Of a stretch of DNA of 64,000 nucleotides, positions 54,878 through 63,417 are shown in pieces. The stretch's first letter is position 1. The number at the start of each line of letters is the position of its first letter. Position numbers and translations under genes: made by a program. The stretch is taken from positions 16 through 64,015 of the forward strand of contig JANLRD010000086.1 of assembly GCA_031368215.1 (NCBI GenBank), given 5' to 3'. Origin of the DNA: Acidimicrobiia bacterium. Its GTDB lineage: Bacteria; Actinomycetota; Acidimicrobiia; Acidimicrobiales; JANYDT01. Below the pieces are notes generated by a model that worked only from the letters and a program-made list of their open reading frames with translations, searched no databases and was not told where the DNA came from.

Positions 54878-55216
54878 GTGATCTTCCACATCACTACTGC
54901 GTCGGCGTGGGCCGACGCCCAGCTCCTCGACGAGTACTCAGTGTTCAGCCTCATCTCGGAGGGCTTCATCCATCTCTCGACCGCAGAACAGGCACTTGGC
55001 TCGGCGGCGCGGTACTACGACGAGGTGGCCGGGCTCGTCCTCCTGCAGGTCGATGAGGCCCGGTGCAAAGCCGAGGTTCGGTGGGAGCCCCCGGCTCACG
55101 ATCCGATGTCTGATGCCTGCTTCCCCCATCTCTACGGACCCCTGAATCTCGATGCCGTGCTCGATGCGCGTCCGTTGACGAAAGATGACGAAGGACGATT
55201 CGTCTTTCCGTACTGA
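54878..55216 (+). CDS. DUF952 domain-containing protein
   Basis: GTG 54878. IFHITTASAW...GFIHLSTAEQ...FPHLYGPL is the DUF952 pattern. Confidence 0.75.
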   Translation: MIFHITTASAWADAQLLDEYSVFSLISEGFIHLSTAEQALGSAARYYDEVAGLVLLQVDEARCKAEVRWEPPAHDPMSDACFPHLYGPLNLDAVLDARPLTKDDEGRFVFPY

Positions 55217-55268
55217 GGGACGACTCGGGGAATTCGGTCAGCTGGCCGCACTGTGACAGGGTGAAACG

Positions 55269-56141
55269 ATGACGACCGATTTCGACCCACAGATCGCCCG
55301 ACGCACGTGGATGACGCTCGAGCCGATTCACGCGATGGTCTACTTCACCCCGCACGGGACGCCGATTTATGACGCCGCCGGGCTCGAAGGGCGTCAGCAC
55401 TACTTTGCCTCGCGGGCTGCGGCCTTCGGAAGGGTCAGCCCCGAAGTGGTCACGTCGACGTTCTTCAATTTCTCCCCATCGCTGGTTCGTTCGGCCATGG
55501 CGACAGTGTGGGACCGAGTGTCGCCCGAGGAAGCACTGGCCGCCCGCCTTCGCGTCGTCGACGCCTCGCTCCGCGGCGCCGCGCCCGACCTGATCGCCAA
55601 CGACGCCACGAAGCGTGCGGCTGAGCTGGCGACGATCGCCGCCCGTTCGGCATGCGAGCGAGTCGACGGCAAGCCGCTGTTCGCCGCCCACACGTCATTG
55701 GCGTGGCCGACCGAGCCGCATCTCGTCCTGTGGCACGCCCAGACGCTGCTGCGGGAGTACCGCGGTGACCTGCATATCGCGCTGCTTCTCGGCGAAGGGC
55801 TCAGCGGACTTGATGCCCTGATCACCCACGGGGCCACGGGCGTCGTTCCCCTCGCCATGCTCCGGCAGTTGCGCGGTTGGGGCGAGGACGAATGGAATGC
55901 CGGCATCGAATCGCTGCGTTCGCGCAACATCCTCACGCCAGACGAGGTCGCTCTCACCGAGACGGGAGTTGCGCTGCGACAGTGGATCGAAGACCGCACC
56001 GACGAACTCTCGGCCGATGCCTGGGCCGTCCTCGGCACGGACGGCTGTCGTGAGCTGCGGGCGTCGGCACGGCCGCTGTCGGCAGCAGTGATCGACGCCG
56101 GTTGGTCTCCGTTGCGCAAGCTGCCTCCCGGTGAGGACTGA
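55269..56141 (+). CDS. Conserved hypothetical protein (helical, actinobacterial type)
   Basis: 290-aa clean ORF with coding-like composition (LEPIHAMVYFTP..., LWHAQTLLREYRGDLHIALL). Family name not recalled with confidence. Confidence 0.6.
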   Translation: MTTDFDPQIARRTWMTLEPIHAMVYFTPHGTPIYDAAGLEGRQHYFASRAAAFGRVSPEVVTSTFFNFSPSLVRSAMATVWDRVSPEEALAARLRVVDASLRGAAPDLIANDATKRAAELATIAARSACERVDGKPLFAAHTSLAWPTEPHLVLWHAQTLLREYRGDLHIALLLGEGLSGLDALITHGATGVVPLAMLRQLRGWGEDEWNAGIESLRSRNILTPDEVALTETGVALRQWIEDRTDELSADAWAVLGTDGCRELRASARPLSAAVIDAGWSPLRKLPPGED

Positions 56142-56406
56142 GACGCAGCGTCACGGCGCGCTCCCGGATTCGGGTCCGCCGGCCGTTGCTCGCGAGCGAA
56201 GTGTCGCTCATCGTCGGCTGCATCGAAGCGACACCGGCGGTCTGGGACGGCGCGATCTACGTCGCAACCCGGGGCCGGAAGTTCTTCGCTCTGCGCTGAT
56301 GCGGTCCACCCGCGCGCTGAGGCACCGTTCCGTTCTGAGGGTCGCTTCACGTTCACCTGAGCGTTTGGCGCCCGGCGGGTGATTCTGCTCAGGTTCCGGG
56401 CTCGAT

Positions 56407-57558
56407 ATGTCGAAACTGCTCCACATGGCCGCAGCACCCGATTCGATCGAAGAGCGCATCGACGATGCGATCCTCGAACGCGGGCTGGTGGACACCTGCC
56501 GCATGATGCGAGGAGGCTCGGCGAGCGCTTCCGTTACGGTTCCCTTGGTCGGAGGCTGGATTGCTCACTCGGCCGGGACCGACGCCACCATCATCGCGGC
56601 ATGGTCGGCCGTGATGTTCGTCGTGTCGTTGGCGACCGTCGCCTGCTCCTCGCTCGCGTTGCGGGCACATCCGTGGTCCGACCCGAGGATCTGGATGCGA
56701 CGAATGCACATCGCGTTGGGATGCTCAGGTGTCGCGACCGGTCTCGGAGTGCTCCTCGTTGATCCGTGGAAGGGCGGCCGGGTCGACCCCATGTGGTCCG
56801 TTTCGCTGATGATGTTCTCGGCGATCCTGGCGGTGAACGTGCTCGTCGGATTCGGCCTCCGCTCGTCGCTTCCCATCTTTAGTGCTCCGATCGTCGTGGC
56901 CGCCATCGTGTCGTGCCTGCGGCTCGGCGGCCTCCTCGGCGGCGTTCTCGGCTTCGGTTGCGTCGTGTACTGCGTCGTGATCCTCGGGACGAATCAGATC
57001 GCGGGTGATGCGTTCCGTCGGGCGACGGAACTGCGAGTCCGCAACGAACACCTGGTAGCCGACCTCGAGAGGGCGAACGAACTGCTCGAGCGACGTGCCC
57101 ACAGCGATGTGCTCACGGGTCTCTCCAATCGCGCCGGGCTCTGGAGCGAGTTGGAGCGCCGCGAAGCTCATCCGGACGACACCACGGTGCTGTTCATCGA
57201 CCTCGACGGTTTCAAACCGATCAACGACAACTTCGGCCACACCGCCGGAGATGAGGTCCTGCGGATCGTCGCCGACCGCCTCACCCGCATAGTACGGACC
57301 GGCGACATCGTCGCCCGAATGGGTGGTGATGAGTTCGTCATCGTCGCCCGTGGATTCGACGACAGCGATGCCGACGCCTTCGGCGATCGGGTTCGGCGGT
57401 CGATCCAGGAGCCGATGTTCGTTCACGGCAACCTCATCGAGATCTCCGCGGCAATCGGCGTAGCGACGCACGTGCCCGAGCACACGATGCAAACGACGTT
57501 GGCCGAGGCCGACAAGCTGATGTACGCCATGAAGCGCGCGCATCGCCAGGCGGTCTGA
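56407..57558 (+). CDS. Membrane-anchored diguanylate cyclase (GGDEF domain)
   Basis: N-terminal multi-TM region, then HSDVLTGLSNR and RMGGDEFVIV (GGDEF active site). Confidence 0.9.
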   Translation: MSKLLHMAAAPDSIEERIDDAILERGLVDTCRMMRGGSASASVTVPLVGGWIAHSAGTDATIIAAWSAVMFVVSLATVACSSLALRAHPWSDPRIWMRRMHIALGCSGVATGLGVLLVDPWKGGRVDPMWSVSLMMFSAILAVNVLVGFGLRSSLPIFSAPIVVAAIVSCLRLGGLLGGVLGFGCVVYCVVILGTNQIAGDAFRRATELRVRNEHLVADLERANELLERRAHSDVLTGLSNRAGLWSELERREAHPDDTTVLFIDLDGFKPINDNFGHTAGDEVLRIVADRLTRIVRTGDIVARMGGDEFVIVARGFDDSDADAFGDRVRRSIQEPMFVHGNLIEISAAIGVATHVPEHTMQTTLAEADKLMYAMKRAHRQAV

Positions 57559-57595
57559 GCTCGGCTACCTCGGCGCGGCGCTACCGTTGGCGTCG

Positions 57596-58033
57596 ATGCG
57601 TGGAGTGGTGCAGCGAGTCGTTCGGGCGAGTGTCACCTCGGAAGGCGCGGAAGTCGGGGCCATCGGGACCGGTCTGTGTGTGCTCGTCGGGGTGACCCAC
57701 AACGACACCGACGCGCACGCGGTGAAATTCGCCGGCAAGTTGTGGCACCTCCGCATCTTCGATGATGAGGCAGGCGTAATGAACCGCTCGGTGGCCGACA
57801 CCACACGAGCGCTGCTCGTCGTCAGTCAGTTCACGCTCTACGGCGACACCTCGGCCGGACGCCGTCCGAGTTGGATCAACGCAGCACGACCCGAGGTCGC
57901 TGAGCCGCTCGTCGATCGTGTGGTGACCGAACTGCGATCGCTCGGCGCGACCGTGGAGACCGGGCGCTTTCGGACCAACATGCAGATCACTCTGGTCAAC
58001 GACGGACCGGTCACGGTCATCGTCGACGTCTGA
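57596..58033 (+). CDS. dtd: D-aminoacyl-tRNA deacylase
   Basis: MRGVVQRV..., SQFTLYGD and NDGPVT motifs. The longest ORF uses TTG 57587. Confidence 0.93.
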   Translation: MRGVVQRVVRASVTSEGAEVGAIGTGLCVLVGVTHNDTDAHAVKFAGKLWHLRIFDDEAGVMNRSVADTTRALLVVSQFTLYGDTSAGRRPSWINAARPEVAEPLVDRVVTELRSLGATVETGRFRTNMQITLVNDGPVTVIVDV

Positions 58034-58066
58034 GCCCGGCGCCCGCTCCAGCGGACACGCACCGGC

Positions 58067-60364
58067 TCAGGCGGACTGGATGGCCCGCCAGACCTTCTCC
58101 GCGGTGGTCGGCATGTCGATGTGGCGGACACCGAGGTGGGCGAGGGCATCGACCACAGCGTTCTGGACGGCAGGGGTGGCGCCGACGGTGCCGGACTCGC
58201 CGATGCCTTTCGCCCCGAGCTCATTCACGTGGGTCGGTGTTTCCATCGACACCCGTTCGAAGCTCGGCAGTTCCGCCATGGAGATGACGCCGTAGTCGGC
58301 GAAGTTGCCGGTGAGCGGGTTGGCGTCGGCATCGAACACGACTTCTTCGAGCAGAGCCTGGGCGGCACCCTGGGCCAGGCCGCCGTGCACCTGGCCGGTG
58401 ACGAGCAGTGGGTTGAGGATCCGCCCGGCGTCGTCGCAGGCGACCATACGAAGGAGCGTGACCTTGCCGGTCTCGGCATCGACCTCGACCACGGCGACGT
58501 GGGCGCCGAAGGGGAACGTACCGGCGTTCGCTTTGTAATCGAGGGAAACGTCGAGCTTCGTTCCCTGCGCCGCAGCAGCGACTGCGAGATCGGCCCAAGA
58601 ACGGCTGACCGCCGGAGTGCCGACCACATGGAACGCTCCGCGCGACGTGTCGAGCACCACGTCTTCGACGGGTGCCTCGAGCAGTGATGCCGCGAGTTCG
58701 CGGGCCTGGTCGACCATTTCGCCGGCGGCCGACCAGATCGCCGTACCGGCGATCTGCAGCGACCGCGATCCGCCGGTCATGCCTCCACGCGCAACGTCGT
58801 CGGTGTCGCCGTGTCGTACTTCGATCCGATCGACCGGTACACCCGTTCTCTCCGAGATGAGCATCGCCCAACTCGTTTCGTGGCCGGTACCGTATGGGGT
58901 GGAGCCCGTACGTGCGCGTACCTTTCCATCGTCGAGGATCTCGACGGCCGCGAACTCGGAGCCACCTCCGCCCGCAGTGACCTCGACGTAGCACGACACG
59001 CCGATACCGAGGAGCTTGGAGCTTCCGCTCGCTCGTCGGGCCACCTGCTCGGCCCGAAGATCTTCATAGCCTGCAGCAGCGAGGACCCGGTCGAGCGCGC
59101 CGGCGTAGTCCCCACAGTCATACGGAGCACCGGCCGAGGTGGTGATGGTCTCGTTGAACGGGGCGCGGAGATTGCGGCGGCGAACTTCGACGGGGTCTAC
59201 CCCGATCTCGGCCGCAAGGATGTCGACCATCCGTTCGATCGCGGCCGCCGCCTCGGGTCGGCCGGCCCCGCGGAACGCCCCGACTGGGGTGGTGTTGGTG
59301 AGTACCGACCGCGACGAGAACTCGATGTCGTCGATGTCGTAGACCCCGGGCTGCATCAATTGGGTCATGTGGGGCAGCACACCGCCGTAGCGAAGGTAGG
59401 CACCACAGTCCTGCAGCACCGTGAGTTTGTAGGACTCGATGCGGCCGTCGACGCTCGCTCCGATCTCGGCGAACTGAACCTGGGCGCGGCCGTGGGCGAG
59501 GTTGGCCATGTCGTCGGTGCGCGACGACACCCATCGAACCGGACGGCCGGAAATTTTCGCGAGACGGGGGAGCAGGACGTCCTCCGGAGAAGGCGTGGCC
59601 TTTGCCCCGAATCCTCCGCCGACGTCGGGGGTGATAACACGAACGTCTTCGTTGGCGATCTTGTGCGCAGCGGCGAGGAAATCTCGGAACGGGTGCGAGC
59701 CCTGACCGCTTGTCCAGTGGTGCAGACGCCCGTCTGCGTCAAATGCCGAGGCCGCGGTGCGGGGCTCGATCGGCGAGGGGGCGACGCGGGAGTTCACCAC
59801 GCGCTGTCGGATCACGACCGGACTGGCTGAGGGGTCGACCGAACGCATTGGCTCGATGCTGAGGGCGATGTTCGAGCCGTGGTCGGGATGAATGAGTGTC
59901 GGCGAATCCACCGCATCCTCGACGTTGACCAGCACGGGCAGCGGTTCGTAGTCGACGACGACCACCTCGGCGGCGTCGGGGCCCTGGCCGCGGAGCTCGG
60001 TGAGGATCACGGCGATCGGTTCACCGACGTAGCGAACGGTGTCGCCCGCCAGCCAGGGTCGGGCCAGCGTGCCTGGCGACCCGGGGAAGTCGCCTGGGTA
60101 GCTTCCGAGGTCGGCAATGTCCGCGGCGGTGACCACGGCGACGACGCCTGGCATGGCCAGCGCCTCGGCGGCATCGACGGAGATCTTGGCGTGAGCCATC
60201 GTGGCGCGCACGTAGTGGACATGCAGCGCGCCCTCGAGCAGCGGATCGCGGATGTCGTCGACATAGGTGCCTCCGACGGTCAGCATCCGAGGGTCCTCGA
60301 CCCGGCGGACCGAGGTACCGAGGATGGATGTGCCGGAGAACGATGGGGTGGCGAGGTCAGTCAT
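58067..60364 (-). CDS. Xanthine dehydrogenase-family molybdopterin-binding large subunit (CoxL/aldehyde oxidase-like)
   Basis: 765 aa. The N-terminal a/b-hammerhead region (RVEDPRMLTGGTYVDD) and two molybdopterin-binding domains (GGGFG, GxGE near the C-terminus). No FeS or FAD subunit genes are adjacent. Confidence 0.88.
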   Translation of the reverse strand: MTDLATPSFSGTSILGTSVRRVEDPRMLTVGGTYVDDIRDPLLEGALHVHYVRATMAHAKISVDAAEALAMPGVVAVVTAADIADLGSYPGDFPGSPGTLARPWLAGDTVRYVGEPIAVILTELRGQGPDAAEVVVVDYEPLPVLVNVEDAVDSPTLIHPDHGSNIALSIEPMRSVDPSASPVVIRQRVVNSRVAPSPIEPRTAASAFDADGRLHHWTSGQGSHPFRDFLAAAHKIANEDVRVITPDVGGGFGAKATPSPEDVLLPRLAKISGRPVRWVSSRTDDMANLAHGRAQVQFAEIGASVDGRIESYKLTVLQDCGAYLRYGGVLPHMTQLMQPGVYDIDDIEFSSRSVLTNTTPVGAFRGAGRPEAAAAIERMVDILAAEIGVDPVEVRRRNLRAPFNETITTSAGAPYDCGDYAGALDRVLAAAGYEDLRAEQVARRASGSSKLLGIGVSCYVEVTAGGGGSEFAAVEILDDGKVRARTGSTPYGTGHETSWAMLISERTGVPVDRIEVRHGDTDDVARGGMTGGSRSLQIAGTAIWSAAGEMVDQARELAASLLEAPVEDVVLDTSRGAFHVVGTPAVSRSWADLAVAAAAQGTKLDVSLDYKANAGTFPFGAHVAVVEVDAETGKVTLLRMVACDDAGRILNPLLVTGQVHGGLAQGAAQALLEEVVFDADANPLTGNFADYGVISMAELPSFERVSMETPTHVNELGAKGIGESGTVGATPAVQNAVVDALAHLGVRHIDMPTTAEKVWRAIQSA

Positions 60365-60426
60365 CGGGGCGAAGGTTACCGCCCGTGCTCGTTGATGGCG
60401 CCCCGCGTTGGAACGAGGTGCGCCAG

Positions 60427-61047
60427 CTAGTCCGGACGGGAGGGTTCCCCGCTGCGGTAGTGGCGCCGGCAGAGCAGCTCATAGGTGACCACGTCGCCGA
60501 ACAGGGGCTCGGCGGAGGCGTCTGTGGTGTCGCCGACGACGACCACGTCGCCTTCGTACACCAACCGGCCGTTCACCAGACGCGCATTGTGCGTCGCTCG
60601 TTCTCCGCACCAGCAGCGCGCTTCGACGTGGAGCTGCACCCGTTCGTCGGCGATCTCGAGGAGACGTTCTGTGCCGGGAAACAGGCGGCCCCGGAAGTCG
60701 GTGATCAGCCCGAAGGCGTAGACATCGGCGTGGAGCACATCGACCACGAGCGCCAGCTGGTCCGCCTGGTCGCGGGAGTAGAACTGGGCCTCGTCGCAGA
60801 CGAGGTAGTCGATGCCGCTGTGCGTGCTGGCAAAGCCGGAGGCCATGGCGAAGAGGTCGAGATCGTCGTTGACCTGGACGGCCTGCTCAGAGAGCCCGAG
60901 GCGGCTGGAGACAAATGCCCCTTCGCGATCGAGCTTGGAGAGGAGGAGACCCTTCTTGTGCCGGCGGCTCAGGTTGTGATGGATCTGCAGCGCCAGGGTG
61001 CTCTTCCCCGAGCCCATGGTTCCGAACGAGAAGCGAAGCAGTGCCAC
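60427..61047 (-). CDS. tdk: Thymidine kinase
   Basis: GTG start. GTMGSGKST P-loop, VCDEAQF, and a Zn-ribbon lid with ARCWCG ... CRRH. Confidence 0.92.
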   Translation of the reverse strand: MALLRFSFGTMGSGKSTLALQIHHNLSRRHKKGLLLSKLDREGAFVSSRLGLSEQAVQVNDDLDLFAMASGFASTHSGIDYLVCDEAQFYSRDQADQLALVVDVLHADVYAFGLITDFRGRLFPGTERLLEIADERVQLHVEARCWCGERATHNARLVNGRLVYEGDVVVVGDTTDASAEPLFGDVVTYELLCRRHYRSGEPSRPD

Positions 61048-61077
61048 AGGCCGAGAACCGTAGTGCGCTCCCCGTCA

Positions 61078-61144
61078 GGAGAGAGGTTGCCCCCATATAT
61101 GGGGGCAAAACACCTCCGTGCGTCGCTGGGAGGCGTTCTGCCGC
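61078..61144 (+). repeat. 67-nt double-hairpin intergenic element, copy B
   Basis: GGAGAGAGGTTGCCCCCATATATGGGGGCAAAACACCTCCGTGCGTCGCTGGGAGGCGTTCTGCCGC, in the tdk / 61335 divergent spacer. It is 61/67 identical to copy A. Confidence 0.85.
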
Positions 61145-61334
61145 ATTCGCTTTCCGAACGGTGGCCAGCCCGTGTGCGAACGTCCCGCGTCACCGCTACA
61201 GTCCGCGCTCCATTCCTTGTACGCGGAAACTCGTGGAGTGGCCGGAACGACCGCGCGTCCACGGTGGCGCTGAGCCGGACGACGTTTCCCCCCTCGTGGC
61301 ACCTCGTTGCCTTTCTGTCCATCCGTGGAGTCCT

Positions 61335-62834
61335 ATGAAATGGTTCCTGATTCAGTTGTTCTTTCTTGCGCTCGCATGCTTTGGCCTCGGTGCGCTGTTT
61401 CATCGGCTGCTGTGGAGGAAGGGTCCGAGCGCCGGTTCGTCGTCGACCGGCTCGGTCAACCTTGTCTCCGCGCTGGAGGAGGCGCAGAACCGCAGGATCA
61501 ACGGTGACGCAGCCGCCGCCCGGGCCGCCGAGTCGGCCGCGGTGCGGGCCGAGCACGACAAGGTCCTGGCCGATCGGGAGTCGAGGATCAAGGAGTTCGC
61601 GGCGCTGTCCTTCGAGCACGCTGCCGCGAAGGCGGCTCTGGCCGATCGGGACGAGTCGGTCACCGCGTTGCGGTCGCAACTCGACGCCGCCGCACCGGCG
61701 TCATCGGCTGCCTCCGCCGAGAACCAGGGCCTGCTCGGCCAGGTGGAGAGCCACCGGGCGACCATCGAGGAACTCCGCTCGCAACTTGCTGCCGCCGGCG
61801 CCGACAAGGACGCCGCCCTGGCCGCGATGCGCGCGGACTACCACGGACGCCTTGCCGCTCTCAGCTCGAAACACGACGCTGCTCTCGCTGAGCTTCGTGT
61901 CGAGTGCGACGGGCGTCTGGCCACCGAGAACGCAGCTCTCGCTGCCCTCCGCTCCGAGCACGACCTGGCGGTGCAGGAAGCGCGCGGCGACCGTGATCGC
62001 ATCCTCTCCCGCCTGCGCAGCGACCACGAAAGGTCCCTCGCCGAGCTTCGTCGCCGGGCCGAATCGGCCGAGCACGACCTGACCAGACTGACGGCAGTGC
62101 ACGAGGGATGCGCCGGAAAGCTCGCGCGCCTACGAGAGAAGCTCGACACCACACACGGCGAGGTGTTGGGACTGATGTCCGAACCCGAAGCGACGAAGCT
62201 CCGAGTTGTCGACGACCTCGAAGCCATCGAGGGCATCGGACCGGCGATGGCGAAGGCGCTCGAGGGCGACGGCATCTTTACATTCGCAGCGCTCGCCGGC
62301 GCCGACGAAGCGCGACTACGTTCCGCTATCGAACAGGCCGGTCAGCGATTCGCGCCGTCGATCCCAACGTGGGCGCGGCAGGCGGCGTACCTGGCCGTCG
62401 GCGATCACGACGGTTTCACGACCTACACGAACGAGCTGATCGCCGGTGTCGACCCGGCCGGGCTCACCGTCGAGGCCGGCAACGACGGTCGTTTCGACGC
62501 CGGGGAGGTCCAGGCAATGGAGTCCGGCGCAGAAGATCCCGGAGGTGCGGCCGCCTTCGAAGGCGTTGACGTCCCGGCCGACGACCTGTTGCGAATCGAA
62601 GGAATCGGCCCGAAGATCAGCGAGATCTTGATAGCCGGCGGGGTTCGGACGTTTCGGCGGCTCGCTGTCATGCGCGAGGAGCGTGTCCGTTCCATCGTGA
62701 ACGCCGGCGGGGTCTCGTTCATCCCGAGCGTTGGCTCGTGGGCCGCCCAGGCGGCCCTGCTCAGAGACGGCGATGAGGCCGGATTCCAGGCCCTCGTCGA
62801 TCGGCTCGTGTCCGGTCGCGACGACGGCGGATGA
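61335..62834 (+). CDS. Membrane-anchored coiled-coil protein with two C-terminal helix-hairpin-helix (H3TH, COG3743-like) modules
   Basis: ORF 60915-62834 trimmed to ATG 61335. N-terminal TM (MKWFLIQLFFLALACFGLGALF), about 270 aa of Ala/Arg/Glu coiled coil with internal repeats, then two roughly 75-aa repeats DDL..IEGIGP......G..TF..LA......W..QA.L..GD. Confidence 0.75.
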   Translation: MKWFLIQLFFLALACFGLGALFHRLLWRKGPSAGSSSTGSVNLVSALEEAQNRRINGDAAAARAAESAAVRAEHDKVLADRESRIKEFAALSFEHAAAKAALADRDESVTALRSQLDAAAPASSAASAENQGLLGQVESHRATIEELRSQLAAAGADKDAALAAMRADYHGRLAALSSKHDAALAELRVECDGRLATENAALAALRSEHDLAVQEARGDRDRILSRLRSDHERSLAELRRRAESAEHDLTRLTAVHEGCAGKLARLREKLDTTHGEVLGLMSEPEATKLRVVDDLEAIEGIGPAMAKALEGDGIFTFAALAGADEARLRSAIEQAGQRFAPSIPTWARQAAYLAVGDHDGFTTYTNELIAGVDPAGLTVEAGNDGRFDAGEVQAMESGAEDPGGAAAFEGVDVPADDLLRIEGIGPKISEILIAGGVRTFRRLAVMREERVRSIVNAGGVSFIPSVGSWAAQAALLRDGDEAGFQALVDRLVSGRDDGG

Positions 62835-63228
62835 CGGGTGTGGCCGACCACCAGCCCCGAGCCGGAGAGCCTTTGTGGGAACGCCGCAAGGCGTGGCCTC
62901 TGCTCGCTGGGCAGCGCGGTCGCGCTGACCGGGCGGGCGGTGCTCGACTACTCGTGGGCCAATTCTGACGGACGTCTCAGGGACAAGGCCCAGAAGGCAC
63001 TGTCGGAGAAGTTCCCCGAAGCCAAAGTCCGGGTGCACGGTCCCGACGCGATCATCACGGGACTCCCAGACGGGGTCGACGCGATCGGATCTCCGCATTC
63101 GCCACGGCGACCGAGTCCCCGTGGCCTCGAACGCCACCGCAGCGGGACGCGCTGCCAACCGCCGCGTCGAGATCGTGTTCTTCGGAGCAGAAGGAACCGG
63201 CGACCGAGAAGTCGCCTTCATCGGCTGA
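62835..63228 (+). pseudogene. Decayed OmpA-like (peptidoglycan-binding) C-terminal domain remnant
   Basis: Reading on in the frame of the upstream gene past its TGA gives ...VLDYSWANSDGRLRDKAQKALSEKFPEAKVRVHGPD...GLPDGVDAIGS. After a +1 shift near 63080 the sequence reads DLRIRHGDRVPVASNATAAGRAANRRVEIVFFG* (stop 63226-63228), the canonical OmpA_C ending (P.ASN.T..GRA.NRRVEI). The middle of the domain is missing. Confidence 0.4.
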
Positions 63229-63291
63229 CCGCGTGGGGACGAGATGCTGTCCCCCCGTTCGTCCGACGCCGGGGTCCGTCGGGTCGAACGT

Positions 63292-63358
63292 GCGGTCAAA
63301 CACCTCCGGGCACCGTTCAGAGGTGTTTTGCCCCCATATTTGGGGGCAACCTCTCTCC
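63292..63358 (-). repeat. 67-nt double-hairpin intergenic element, copy C (inverted)
   Basis: The reverse complement reads GGAGAGAGGTTGCCCCCAAATATGGGGGCAAAACACCTCTGAACGGTGCCCGGAGGTGTTTGACCGC. It lies 60 nt downstream of the ileS stop in the ileS orientation. Confidence 0.85.
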
Positions 63359-63417
63359 CAGGAGTCCCGCCCCGGATTCCTGGGTTGGCTCGAAGTGCGG
63401 CTCCGACATGGCCGCCC

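Noticed and set aside
56201-56299. 32-codon ORF (GTG 56201) ending VGCIEATPAVWDGAIYVATRGRKFFALR*, which resembles the last blade of a PQQ-like/BamB-type beta-propeller.
   Set aside because: It is too short, nothing protein-like lies upstream in the frame, and the resemblance rests on a common short motif. At most it is a gene fragment, and I cannot support it as a feature.
60915-61334. Longer start for the coiled-coil gene (ORF 60915-62834), overlapping tdk and the 67-nt element.
   Set aside because: The upstream 140 codons run through tdk antisense and through the repeat element. The ATG at 61335 is followed directly by a hydrophobic membrane anchor.
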